Positions 38,178 through 50,629 of a stretch of DNA of 64,000 bases are shown in pieces. A model generated the notes under the pieces. The model ran no database searches and was not told the origin of the DNA. It was given only the letters and a program-made list of their open reading frames with translations. Every line of letters begins with the position of its first letter. The stretch's first letter is position 1. Source of the stretch: Squalus acanthias (Eukaryota); the NCBI GenBank assembly GCA_030390025.1, contig JASTWF010000034.1, forward strand, positions 3,782,001 through 3,846,000. Direction: 5' to 3'. Made by a program: the position numbers and the translations under genes.

Positions 38178-41135
38178 CGCATGATTTCAAAGTTTGAAAA
38201 TGACAGAAAACTCGGAAATGTTAATAAACAGTTAGAATGATAGTAACAGAAATTCAGGAGGTCGCAGACAGACTGGTGAAATGGGCAGACACATGGCAGA
38301 TACAATTTAACACAGAGAAGGGTGAAGTGATACATGTTGGTAGGAAGCATGAGCAGAGGCAATATCAACTAAACGGTACAATTTCAAAGCGGGTGCACGA
38401 TCAGAGATACCTGGTGTGTACTTACACAAATCATTGAAGGTGGCAGGACAAGTAGCGATGGCTGTTAATAAAGCATACGGAGTCCTTGGCTTTACAAACA
38501 GAGACACAGAGTAACAAAATCCAGGTAGAAATGTTAACCTTTTAAAAAGCATTGGTTAGACCCCAGCTGGAGTATTGTGTCCAATTCTGAGCACCACACT
38601 TTGGCAAGCATGTCAAGGATTAGAGAAGGTGTAGAGGAGATTTACCAGAATGGTACCAGGGATCTGGATCTTCAATTACGTGGAGAGTCAGGAGAAGCTG
38701 GGATTGTTCTTTTTAGAGCAGCGAAGGTTAAGAATCACAGAATTGTAGAATCATAGAAATTTACGGCACAGAAGGAGGCCATTTGGCCCATTGCATCTGC
38801 GCCGGTCGAAATAGAGCTATCCAGCTTAATCCCACTTTCCAGCTCTTGGTCCGTAGCGCTGTAGGTGATGGCACTTCAAGTGCATATCCATGTACGTTTT
38901 AAACGTGATGAGGGTTTCTGCCTCTACCACCCTTTCAGGCCTTGAGTTTCAGACCCGTACCGCCCTCTGGGTGAAACAAATTCTCATCTCCCGTCTAATC
39001 CTTCTACCAATTACTTTACATCTATGCTCCTTGGTTATTGACCTCTCTGCCAGGTGAAATAGGTGCTTGCTATCCACTCTATCTAGGCCCCTCATAATTT
39101 TATACACCTCAAATAAATCTCCCCTCAGCCTCCTCTGTTCCAAAGTAAAGAACCCCAAACTATTCCCCAGTCTTGGCAACATCCACGTAAATCTCCTCTA
39201 TAATGTCTCAAATGCAATCACATCTTTCCTGTAATATTTTGACCAAAATTGTACGCAGTATTCTAGCTGTGGTCTAATTGGTGTTTTATGCAGTTCTAGC
39301 ATAAACTCCCTGTTTTTATATTCTATGCTTCGACTAATAAAGCAATGTATCCCACATGCCTTTTTAACCACCCTATCTATGTGTCCTGATAGTTTTAGAG
39401 ATATGTGGAAATGTACTCCAAGGTCCCTCTGTTCCACTGCACCTCTCAGTATCCTACCATTTATTGTGTATTCCCTTTTTGTTAGCCCGCCACAAATGCA
39501 TTACCTCACACTTCTCCGAAATGAAGTCCATTTGCCACTGTTCTGCTCACCTGACCAGTCCATTGATATCTTATTGCAGTCTGCAGCTTTCTTCATCACT
39601 ATCAACCACACGGCCAATTTTTGTATCATGTGCAAACTTCTTCATCATGGCCCCAACACTGAAGTCTAAATCATTGATATATACCACAAATAGCCGGGGA
39701 CCTAGTACTGAGCCCTGTGGAACCCCACTGGAAACAACCTTCCAGTCACAAAAACACCCGTTGACCATTACGACCTTTGCTTCCTGCCACTGAGCCAATT
39801 TTGGATCCAACTTGCCACTTTCCCTTGGATCCAATGACCAACCTGTCATTTGGGATCTTGTCAAAGGCCTTACTAATATCTACGAGGACTACATCAAATG
39901 CACTCCCCTCATCGACCCTCCTCATTACCTCCTCAAAAAATTCAATCCATTTAGTCAGACACGACCTTCCTTAACATTACCATGCTGACTGTCCTTGATT
40001 AATCTTGCATTTCGCCTGTAGCCAGAGAGGATTGGAAAATGATGGTCTGAGCCTCCGCTATTTCCTCCCTTAAAAGCCTGGGATACATTTCATCCGAGCC
40101 TCGTTATTTATCTACTTTCAAAGATGCTAAACACCTTAATGTTTCCTCTCTCACTATGTTTGTCTCATCTAATATTTCACACTCCTCCTCCTTAACTACA
40201 ATGTCTGCATCATCTCACTCTTCTGTGAATACAGACACAAAGTATTTATTAAGAACCATATCCACGTCTTCCGCCTCTACACATAGATTCACTTTGTTCT
40301 ATATTAGGCCAACTCTTTCCTTAGTTATCCTCTTGCTCTTGATGTATGCATAAAACATCTTTGGGTTTTCCTTGATTTTACTTGCCAATATTTTTTGATG
40401 CCATCTCTTTGCTTTCCTAATTTACTTTTTAATTTCACCCCTGCACTTTCTATACCCCTCTCGGCTTTCTGTCGTATTGAGCTCTCGGTATCTGACAGAA
40501 GCTTCCCTTTTTTTCCCTTATCCAACCCTGTATTCCCCTTGACATCCAGGGGGCTATAGATTTGGAAGTCCCATCCTTTATCTTTTTGGGAATATATTTG
40601 CTCTGAGCCCTCACTATCTCCTCGTTGAATGCTTCCCACAGCTCTGCACTGATTTCCAATTAAGAAGCTGTTTCCAGTCCACTTTTCCTAAATCACATCT
40701 CAGCTGAGTAAATTTGGCCTTTCCCCAATTGAAATTTTTAAACCTGGTCTTTCTTTGTCCTTTTCCATCAGGGGAGATTTAGTATAGATATTCCAGATTG
40801 TAATGGGTTTTGATAGATTAAGTAAGTCTGTTTCCAGAGGCCGAATGGTGGGTAATCAGAGGAAACAAATTTGAAGTAATTGGCAAAAGAATCAGAGGAG
40901 AGATGATATTGTTCTTTACGCAGTGAGATGTGATCTAGAATGCACTGAGTGAGAACGTGGTGGAAGCAGATTCAATAGTAAATTTCGAAAGGGAATGGGG
41001 TAATTAGATGAAGGGGAATTTTTTTATGGGGCTCTGATTAAAGAGTAGGACTGAATAAATAACTCTTTCAAAGAGATGGCACGGACACGATGGGCCGAAT
41101 GGTCTCTGTATGTGATGTACCGTTCAATGATTCTA
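38178..41135. mobile_element. Cluster of older CR1 fragments (+ 38178-38735, - 38740-40770, + 40770-41135)
   Basis: RT-motif fragments in ORFs 38237-38437, 38949-39182, 39198-39437, 39571-39864 and 40450-40659. Confidence 0.82.
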
Positions 41136-41329
41136 TGAGCAATAGACAGAGAGAGAGAGAGAGAAGAGGGGGAGAGAGAGAAAGGGAGAAAGAGAGAAAT
41201 AAAAATACAGACTGAAAGACAGGGAGAGGTACAGAGGGAAATAAATTAACTTTAAAAGGGTAATTGTATAAATACCTGAAGGGGTACAATTTGCAGGACT
41301 ATGGGAAAAGAGCAAGGGAATGGGACTAA

Positions 41330-41820
41330 TTTGAGGGGTGAGGCCATGGTGGGATTTGAATATGAGGAGAAGAATAGTTAAATCGAGTTGTTGCCGGATC
41401 GGCAGCCAATGTTGGTCAGTGATCACAGGGGTGATGGGTGAACGGGACATGATGTGTGTTAGGATATGGGCAGCAGAGTTTTGGATGAGCTCTAGTTTAT
41501 GGAGGCTTGTTACTGGGAGGCCGGCCAGGAGAGTATTGGAATAGTCGAGTCTGGATATAACAAAGGCACGGATGAGGGTTTATGCAGCGGAAGGGCTGAG
41601 GTGGAGCGGAGATGGGTGAAATTTTGGGGGCGGCAGTCGGCAGGACTGGTGATTGAGAAGATATGAGTTCGGAACTCAGCTCAGGAACAAAGAGATCGCA
41701 GAGGTTGCAAACAGCCTGGTTCAGCCTCAGACATTGACCAGGGAGGGGCCTGAATCGGCAGATAGAGAATGGAGTTTGTGACGAGGACCGAAGACAATGG
41801 CTTCGCTCTTCCCAAGATTT
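41330..41820 (-). mobile_element. L2-clade LINE C-terminal fragment
   Basis: SPITPVITDQHWLPIRQQLDLTILLLIFKSHHGLTP resembles the L2 HITPVL..LHWLP motif. Confidence 0.7.
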
Positions 41821-42023
41821 AAATGACAAACAGTAATACAGTGAAACGTGATTTACAGATCTAATTTCTGGATATAGAGAGACTTACCAGGGACACCAAC
41901 AGCAGCAAAGAATGAAGAATAGTAATACAGTTAGCAAAGGTTTGCAGGGTTAATAGCTGGATAGAGAGACTTACCAGAACAACAATCGCAACAAGGAGGG
42001 GAGAGTAAATGACAAGAACAGTA

Positions 42024-42397
42024 ACATAGAATCTAGGAGCAGGAGTAGGCCATTCGGCCCGTCGAGCCTGCTCCGCCATTCAATACGATCATGGCTGATC
42101 ATCCAAATCCAGTACCCTGTCCCTGCTTTAATCCCCACAGTACACATATCCCATCCTATCCCCATAACCCCACATATTTAATCCCCCCTAACACTAAGGG
42201 TCAATTTATCATAGCCAAATCAACCTAACCCACACATTTTTGGACTGTGGGAGGAAACCGGAGCACCCGGAGGAAACCCACGCAGACACGGGGAGAATGT
42301 GCAAACTCCACACAGACAGTCACCCGAGGTCAGATTCGAACCCGGGTCTCTGGCGCTGTGAGGCACCAGTGCTAACCACTATGCCACCGTGTTGCCC
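42024..42397 (-). mobile_element. HE1-like V-SINE with CR1-derived 3' tail
   Basis: Head GGGCAACACGGTGGCATAGTGGTTAGCACTG with B box GGTTCGAATC, V-domain TCTGCGTGGGTTTCCTCCGGGTGCTCCGGTTTCCTCCCACAGTCC, CR1 hairpin tail. Confidence 0.88.
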
Positions 42398-42455
42398 TCT
42401 AATACAGTAATACAGTAAAACATGGTTAACAGAATAGCTGGATAGAGAGACTTAC

Positions 42456-42678
42456 CAGGAACACCAACAGCAGCAAGGAGCGGATAGTAAATGTATTGAA
42501 TAATCTCAAGTGCAAACCGTATCCGAATGTCTAATGATAGTCTATCATAAAGTGCTGAAAGAACGTAAATATCCCATCTGAAACTCTTGCCCATTGTTGC
42601 AGCATTCCAATCTACTGTTCTCAGATTCTGATCCATTGTTGTAACATTCCAATCTACTGTTCTCAGATTCCGACCCAT
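42456..42678 (-). CDS. GPR139/142-like GPCR coding exon 1 (N-terminus and most of TM1)
   Basis: MGRNLRTVDWNVTTM...LEIIQYIYYPLLAAVGVP-G|GTAAGT; the phase-1 donor joins exon 2 at 19192 to give YYPLLAAVGVPVNLVTIVIL, a complete TM1; ~374-aa product across a ~23.3-kb intron; start ATG uncertain (three in-frame ATGs). Confidence 0.82.
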
Positions 42679-42989
42679 TGTTGTAACATTCCAATCTACT
42701 GTTCTCAGATTCCGACTCCCTCTCTGTGGAGCAGCGCGCTGATCCCTGTCAGTGCCGGAGGCGATGCTCTCACTGACACTATGGATAACACATTGAAAGG
42801 AGTCCCTTATTAATAGAAGAGGGAAACCCTGCACTGATACAATTAGGGTCAATGGGGACTTACATTAATTACAGTCACTAAACAAACATCTTCAGTTAAC
42901 CCGTGGAGACTGACATTAATTACAGTCACTGAACAAACAGCTTCAGTTAACCCCTTTCAATCCAACACTTTTTATACCACAGTAAAGTA

Positions 42990-45745
42990 GAACATTTACC
43001 CGGTCCGGATGGGATGTATGAGGATTGCTGAGGGAAGGAATGGTGGAAATAGCGCAGGCTCTGGCCAGAATATTTCAATCCTCCTCGGATATGGGAGTGC
43101 TGCCAGCGGACTGGAGGGTTGCAAATGTTACACCCTGTTTAAAAAAGGAGAGAGGGATAAACCCTGTAACTGCAGGCCAGTCAGAATAACGTCAGTGGTA
43201 TGGAAACGTCTAGAGGCCTTATTCACAGAGAAAAGTATCTGTCTTTGGAAAAAATATGGATTAATAAATGACAACCAGCACGGATATGTTAACGGCAAAG
43301 TGTGTCTGACAAACTTGATTAAATTCTTTGATGAAGTAACGGAAATGGTTGATGAGGGTAGTGTGGTTGAGGTTGTGTATAGGGACATTAAAATGCATTT
43401 CATGAAGTACAATGGAATAGACTTGTTAGGACCAAAGGAACAGTGGCAGTGGGGATCTGACATTGGCTAAGGGACAGAAAACCGGGAGTAGTGGTGAACG
43501 GTTGTTGTTCAGACTGGAGGGAAGTGTACAGTGGTGTCCCCAAATGTCGCTATTCGGACAACTGCTCTTTTTGATACATATTAATGATATAGACATATAT
43601 ATATATAGACATGTATATACATGTACATATATACACACACACACAGAGCGGGATAAGGTAGGCTTCAGGAGTATATAGACAGACTGGTGAAATGAGCAAA
43701 GTGATGAAAGGTGCCATCGACAGTGCTATTGTGTGGCACTTACTCACTAATAACCTTCGCACCGATGCCCAGTTTGAGTTCCGCCAGGACCACTCGGCTC
43801 CAGACCTCATTACAGCCTTGGTCCAAACATGGACAAAGGAGCTGAATTTCAGTGGTGAGGTGAGAGTGACTGCACTTGACATCACGGCAGCATTGGACTG
43901 AGTGGGTCATCAAGGAGACCCAGGAAAATTGTGGTCAATAGAAAGCAGGGGGAAAACTCTCCACTGGCTCAAGTCATACCCGGCACAACGGAAGATGGTT
44001 GTGTTTTTGGAGGTCAATCATCACAGCCCCAGGACATCGCTGCATGAGTACATCAGGGCAGTGTCCTCGGCCCAACCATCTTCAGCTACGTCATCAATGA
44101 CCTTCCATCCATCAAAAGGTCAGAAATGGGGATGTTCACTGATGACTGCACAGTGTTCAGCGCCATTCACAACTCCATAGATAATGAAGCAGTCCATGCC
44201 CGCATGCAGCAAGACCTGGACGACGTTCAGGCTTGGTCTGATAAGTGGCAGCAATAACTATCTCCAACAAGAGCCACATCCCCTTGACATTAAATGGGAT
44301 TAGCATCGCCAAATCCGCCATCATCAATATCCTGTGTGTCACCATTGACCAGAACCTTAACTGGACCAACCAGATAAATACTGTGGCTGACAGAGAAGGT
44401 CAAGGCTGGGTACTCTGCGGCGAGTGTCTCACCTCCTGAGCCCCCAAAGCCTTTCCACCATCTACACGGCACAAGTCAGGAGTGTGATGGAATACTCTCC
44501 ACTTGCCTGGATGAATGCAGCTCCAATAACACACAAGAAGCTCGAAATCGTCCAGGATAAAGCAGCCCACTTGATTGGTACCCCATCCACCACATTAAAA
44601 ATTCCCTCCCTCCACCAGCGGTGCACCGTGGCTGCAGTGTGTATCATGTACAAGTTGCACTGCAGCAACTCGCTAAGGCTTCTTCAGCAGCACCGTCCAA
44701 TCCTGCGGCCTCTACCACCTAGAAGGACAAGGACAGCAGGAGCATGGGAACACCACCACCTGTAAGTTTCGCTCCAAGTCACACACCATCCTGACCCGGA
44801 AATATATCGTTGTTCCTTCATTGTCGCTGTGTCAAAATCCTGCAACTCCCTCAGTAACAGCACTGTGGCAGTACCTTCACCTGACGGACTGCAGCTGTTC
44901 AAGTCGGCGGCTCACCAGCACCTTCTCAAGGGCAATTAGGAATGGGTAATAAATACTGGTCGTGCCAGCGATGGCCACATTCCATAAATAAATAAAAAAG
45001 AAAAAAAGGACAAATGGAAGGGGAAATTCCATAAATTCCATAGATTCTAGAACGGTTCCCGCGGATTGGAATGTCTCAAATCTAACACCACTGTTTTAGA
45101 AAGGAGGGAGAGAGAAAACGGGGAACTACAGACCCGTTAACCAGACATCAGTAGTAGGGAAAATGCTTGAATATATTATTAAGGACGCGGTAACAGGGCA
45201 CTTAGAAAATTATAATAGGATTGGGCAGAGTCAACACGGATTTATGAAAGGGAAATTGTGTTTGACAACTCTGTAAGAGTTTTTGGAGATTGTAACGAGC
45301 AGAATAGATAAGGGGGAGCCAATAGATGTGGTGGATTTGGATTTTCAGAAGGTATTCGATAAGGTGTCACACAAGAGGTTATTAAACAAAATTAGGGTTC
45401 ATGGGATTAGGGGTAATATACTCGCATTGGTTGAGGATTGGTTAACGGACAGAAAACAGAGAGTTGCAATAAACGCGTCATTTTCGAGTTGGCAGGTTGT
45501 AACTATTGGGGTACCGTAAGAATCAGTGACTGGGCATCAGCTATTCACAATCCGCATCAATGATTTGGATGAGGGGACCAAAAGTAATATATCCAAGTCT
45601 GCTGATGATACAAAGCTGGGTGGCAATGTAAGTTGTGAGGACGATGCAAGGAGGCTTCAATTAGATAAAGACAGGCTAAGTGAGTGGGCAAGAACATTGC
45701 AAATGGAATATAACGTGGAGAAATGTGAAGTTGATATCTGGTGAT
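42990..45745 (+). mobile_element. Degenerate CR1 fragments (42990-43697, 45010-45745) with a nested L2/Crack-type LINE (43695-45008) ending in an A-rich tail
   Basis: QFEFRQDHSAPDLITAL...ALDI, YTAQVRSVMEYSPLAW; the CR1 text resumes after the A-tail. Confidence 0.8.
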
Positions 45746-46119
45746 GTCCGCAGACACGGGCCGAGAAATTTGTCTCAGGCGGTGGGTTAAACGAGCAATA
45801 TCGGATCGGGCGCCCGTTTCACGCAGCGCCTGAGATTCAGTTCCACTGCAGTCAATGACGGATTTCTAGGCCTAGAGCTTCAATCCTTCACACTATTTTT
45901 CCAGCAAAGGTTTCTCCGTAACTCAGTGAAGCCTCTTCAGTGTCAAAGAACTAGTGTCAGTAATCCTGCACCATCAACACCACTGTGGTCCAAAAATCCA
46001 TGGTCCCCTGTTTAAAAAAAAACTCCATTCTGGTTCTTAATTGTATAACATGTAATGAGCAGCTAAACAAGAGGGCAGAGCCACAGTCAGTGACACCGAA
46101 ACATTCACACAGGCTGCTT

Positions 46120-46365
46120 AAAGAGACAGGACCAGTCACACAGGCTGTTTAAATAGACAGGACCAGTCACACGGGCTATTTGAAGGGACATAACCAGTCA
46201 GACAGGCTTTTTAAAGAGACAAGACCAGTCAGACAGGATTTTTAAAGAGACAGGACCAGTCAGACAGGCTTTTTAAAGAGACAGAACCAGTCACACAGGC
46301 TATTTGAAGAGACAGGATCAGTCAGACAGGTTTTTAAATAGACAGGACAAGTCACACAGGCTTTC
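46120..46365. repeat. ~30-bp minisatellite (AGACAGGACCAGTCACACAGGCTATTTAAAG-like)
   Basis: About 8 copies; lies at the inner boundary of the right duplication arm. Confidence 0.85.
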
Positions 46366-46379
46366 AAAACAGAAAGGAC

Positions 46380-48030
46380 AGGAAGCCTATCTTCTCAGTA
46401 AGGGGATAGAATCGGTGTCCTATGGGCCAATCACGGACGGCCCTTGAAGTGGCAACATTGTGCGCCTCCCTTCCACGTTGTTGCTGCTGATTCTCCTCTT
46501 CATCCTCCTCCTCCTCCTCTCCCTCCTCTCCCTCTTCTTCCTCCTCCTCTCCCTCTTCCTCCTCCTCCTCAAGTGGTGCACCAATCCCTGGTGGCAATGG
46601 TTGGGCCCCCATGATTGCAATGTTATGAAGCATGCAGCACACAACAATGAAGAGGGAGACACGCTCGAGAGAGTACTGCAGGACTCCTCCTGAGTGGTCC
46701 AAACACCGGAACCGTTGTTTCAAGACACCGATCGTGTGTTCAATGAGGTTCCTGGTGGAGCTATGGCTGTAGTTGTATTGCAGCTCGGCAGGGGTGTTGG
46801 GGTTATGGAGCGGAGTCATCAGTCAGGTGCAGAGTGGGTAACCCTTGTCCCCGAGGAGCCATCCACTAGGTTTACACCGTGTTTGGAAGAGGTCTGCGAC
46901 TCCGGTCTGGCACAGGATATAAGTATCGTGGTTGCTGCCATGATAGCGGGCATTGACGGCAAGTATGAGCTGTCTGTGGTCACACACCAACTGGACATTC
47001 AGAGAGTGGGAGCCCTTTTGATTTCGGACTACCTCTGCATTCTCATGAGTTGCCCACATTGCCACATGCGTGCAGTCAAAGGCGCTCTGAATCATGGGGA
47101 AGCACATTCTCCTTGCAAAGCTGCGCATTCGCGTTGTTTGTCCTGGGTCATGGAGAAAGATGTACTGGCGTCTCCGCTTATACAAAGCCTTTGTCACCTT
47201 CCGGATGCAACAATGAACAGCGAACTGGGAGATATTCACTATGTCCCCAGTAGAAGCCTGAAAGGAACCGCTGACTTAGAAATTTAGATCCACTGTCACC
47301 TTCACTGCCACCGACAGAGACGTCCTGGTACTGAGCTGAGGCTGCAGATCTGATTGCAGGAGATGGCAGAGCTCAGTGACAAATGATAAATCATTATAGG
47401 AGGAGAATTGCTCCCTGAATACCCTGGGAGGGTAAGGTCTCCTGTGCAGAGGCCTGTTGGCCCTCCTCCCTCTGGCAAGATATGCCACTCTCTCTGCGTC
47501 TCTGCTGCCTCCGAAGGTGAAGCTGGACGTCGAAGATGCCCCGAGTTAGTACAGCCCCCATCGAAGCATCTATATATATCGTTAGAAGGTATGTGAAAAA
47601 GAAATGAACTCCAAAGTCGTGCTCCGGACCCAAAACTCTTTCGGTCAGCGTCGAATCTCTCCAGACGTCTGACTCCCTCTCAAAACATTTCGCAGACAAG
47701 AAAAGGCAGGAAGCGGCCGCCTTTAAATAGCGCTCCCTTCCCGACTTGAAAACATTTCCCTTTAATGTGTCATTCCTAGTGGCAGGCGCTAAGGCAGGAG
47801 GTGCGACTCAATATCCGGTCCAGGACGCTATCGGGGCATTGCATGCTCGCATTAAGTCACGATCTGCGGGCTCAGGAGATTGTGGTGCTCGTCTTTTGCG
47901 CTAGCGCAAAACGACGTCAATTTCGCGAGCGGCGCTAAAATAGCCGCGCTCGGTTGCTCAGTATCGAGCGCCCCGTTAGTGCCTCCAAAGGCGCTGAAGG
48001 GCAGCGTTAACCAACCGACTTTCCACCCTC
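46380..48030 (-). mobile_element. Decayed Harbinger (frameshifted transposase pseudogene ~47560-46410), same insertion site as the 20864 copy
   Basis: ORFs 47276-47488, 46823-47239 (AFDCTH, LLGDKGYP) and 46364-46819 (EHTIGVLKQRFRCL); shared flank CACAGATAA.CAT. Confidence 0.88.
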
Positions 48031-49665
48031 ATGTTTATCTGTGTTTTCCACTTTGTCGTTCCCCATAGCATCCGCGCTGCTGTCAGATATTGATTCTGAA
48101 TGTGGTATTGTGTTACCAAGATTCAAATGTTCGAAATTCAACTCCAGCAAATTTATTGGAGGTGACTTTTTATTCAACGAATTTCAGTCTGCTACCTACA
48201 CTGAACATTTATATCAGATCAGAAGAATGCTGTCTTGGTTTAGGAGACTTTTCACCTAATGGTGAAAGGACATCGACCTGAAACGTTAACTCTGTTTCTC
48301 TCTCTCTCCACAGATGCTGCCTGACCCGCTGAGTATTTCCATCATTTTCTGTTTTCATTTCAGATTTCCAGTATCCGCAGTATTTTACTTTTGTTTTCAC
48401 CTAATGCTCGGTATGGATACTTACAGAGTCACAGGAACAAATCCTGGCAGATCACATCCACATCTTTAAATGTCTGAAATATCCGCTAATCATTCAGTTC
48501 CAGTCAATGTCTCCTTTCCCACCCTCTCCAGTTCTGCATTATTGGCACTGCTTCTGATGGTTAAAGTAGGATTACAAGGATAATTTGCATTCTCACAAAA
48601 CGTTCATTCAGCCAGATTTCAAAACATTTCTAGCTGATCCATGTTTTGAATTTGCAATTGGATCCCATGCCCGTCTGTCACAGTACAGTGGATCTGTCAG
48701 TGAGACCCAGAGTGATTCTCTATTGCCTCCTGCTGTACTTCAGGATAAACAATCCCAGCTGATTGTAACTGAAGTACTGAGGATAAGAAAATTCTTTGAT
48801 ATCTTCTCGTCCAATATTCTCTGCACATTTTGGAAGCAACATGTGAAAAAGTACAAGGATAAATCTCTTCCATTTGTGTTCAGATACTTTACAACAGCAT
48901 TCGGCGGCACTTTGCCTGTGGGTTAAGTCGTCTGATTTCGATGCTGATAAATCCATTTAGTGGGACATTACCTGGTCAATCATCACTATTTACTTTAATT
49001 CAGAATCCATTATTTGCAATGTTACTTGGCAAATCTTCCTTTCAATGAGGTAGAATTTGTGTATTTCAACAAAAATGCAGAAAACTCAATCTTCAAAACA
49101 TATCTGATAGCCCAGTTATCTTTATAACTGCAGTGCACTTGTATTTATTATCTTAGCATTGTCGTATTACATCCGTACATTTTACATACAATTGCCTATA
49201 ATTATTGCATGCCAAGGTCGCAGTTTCTGTATTTTGCTGTTGCATTCATTTTCAGTTCTAAATAGAATTGATATTCTAACCAAGAGCAGGAAACCAAGCG
49301 GGATTTCCCCCTCATTAACATAGTTGCGCAGAAGGCTTCCTGACAGGGTCTGGTCCTTTGTGTCCCTGGTACCTCGGGCGGTGCCTTTGTCTGCTGGGCT
49401 AAATTTAGATCGATCATTTAATCTCTCCTTGATCAAACATCTGTTACTTTCATATTGTATGTATTCCCATTTCATTTGTTGATTCCACAATGTATTCCCG
49501 ATTATTCTTACAATAAGCCCTGTATTCTGCTCCACAGGTAATAGGATTAGATTATATCGTTGAATGTCGCTCGTGAGTTGCAGATTTCACCCCGAATTCC
49601 CTCAAACTGCTGCTTTTGCTCCCAGCCTGATGAACAATTTCCCTGTTTATTTCCCTTCCTCACAG

Positions 49666-50567
49666 TTAACTTAGTGACGATTGTGATCCTGTCTCGGGGA
49701 AAGTGCGGTCTCTCCAAATGTGTCACTCGCTACCTGGTGGCCATGGCAACGGCGGATCTACTGGTCGTTATCCTCGACCTGATATTGAGACACATTCCGA
49801 TTGTTTATAGTGAACAGTATTATTTCGTGCAGTCCATCCCCGTGTGTAATATTCACGCCGACCTGCTGTTCCCAGCCACAGACTGTTCTGTCTGGTTCAC
49901 CGTCACTTTCACCTTTGATAGATTTGCGGCCATTTGTTGCCAGAAGCTGAAAACTAAATATTGCACCGAGAAAACGGCGGCTGTGTTTCTGGGAACAGTG
50001 ACTGTGCTGAGCAGTTTAAAGGACATCACCTGGTATTTTATGTTTACAGATCAGTATATGCTTGGGAACGAGCCCTGGTTTTGTGATGTCACAGAGGGTG
50101 TTACAAAGTCACGGGTCTGGGGACCAATTGAGCTCCTTCATTATATTCTCACCCCGTGTGTCCCATTTGTGGTGATTGTGCTGCTCAATGCTGTCACCGT
50201 TAGACACATTTTAGTGGCCAGCAGAGCCCGCAGGAGACTCCGGGGTCCCAGCAGTGGGGAGAGTCCCAGAGACCCAGAGATGGAGAGCCGCAGGAAATCC
50301 ATCATTTTACTGCTTGTTATCTCCGGCAATTTCATCCTGTTATGGGCAGTGTTTATGGTGTTTTCTATATGGACCCGGATGTGGTTTTTGGGGTATCTGT
50401 CTGTAATTCTACCTCTTTATGTAATGGAACTGGGATTCATGCTGCAGCTGCTGAGTTGCTGCACAAACACTGGGATTTATGCCGTGACCCAGACTAAGTT
50501 CAGAGAGCAGTTGAAGAATGTGGGGAAATATCTCTTTACACTGATTGTAAAATTCATTAAAGGATGA
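49666..50567 (+). CDS. Second GPR139/142-like GPCR exon 2 (open frame, no plus-strand exon 1 seen)
   Basis: cacAG acceptor at 49664-49665; 299 codons align without gaps to the minus copy with 28 substitutions by my count. Confidence 0.8.
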
Positions 50568-50629
50568 GAAGAAACGGAGACTTTGCAGTCCAAGATTTGG
50601 CAGTTCCCTGGGCCGCATATTGTGGCGTC

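Noticed and set aside
42330..42397. tRNA gene
   Set aside because: The A/B boxes are the head of an HE1-like SINE continuing into the V-domain; the same holds for ~17370 and ~25600
48255..48295. Additional hammerhead ribozymes here and at 20610-20645
   Set aside because: The CUGANGA core is destroyed (AUGGUGA / AUGGCGA) and stem I is lost
49560..49665. N-terminal extension of the 335-aa GPCR ORF as a single-exon gene
   Set aside because: Starts at TTG, contains the polypyrimidine tract and acceptor, lacks TM1 character, and matches intron sequence in the paralog
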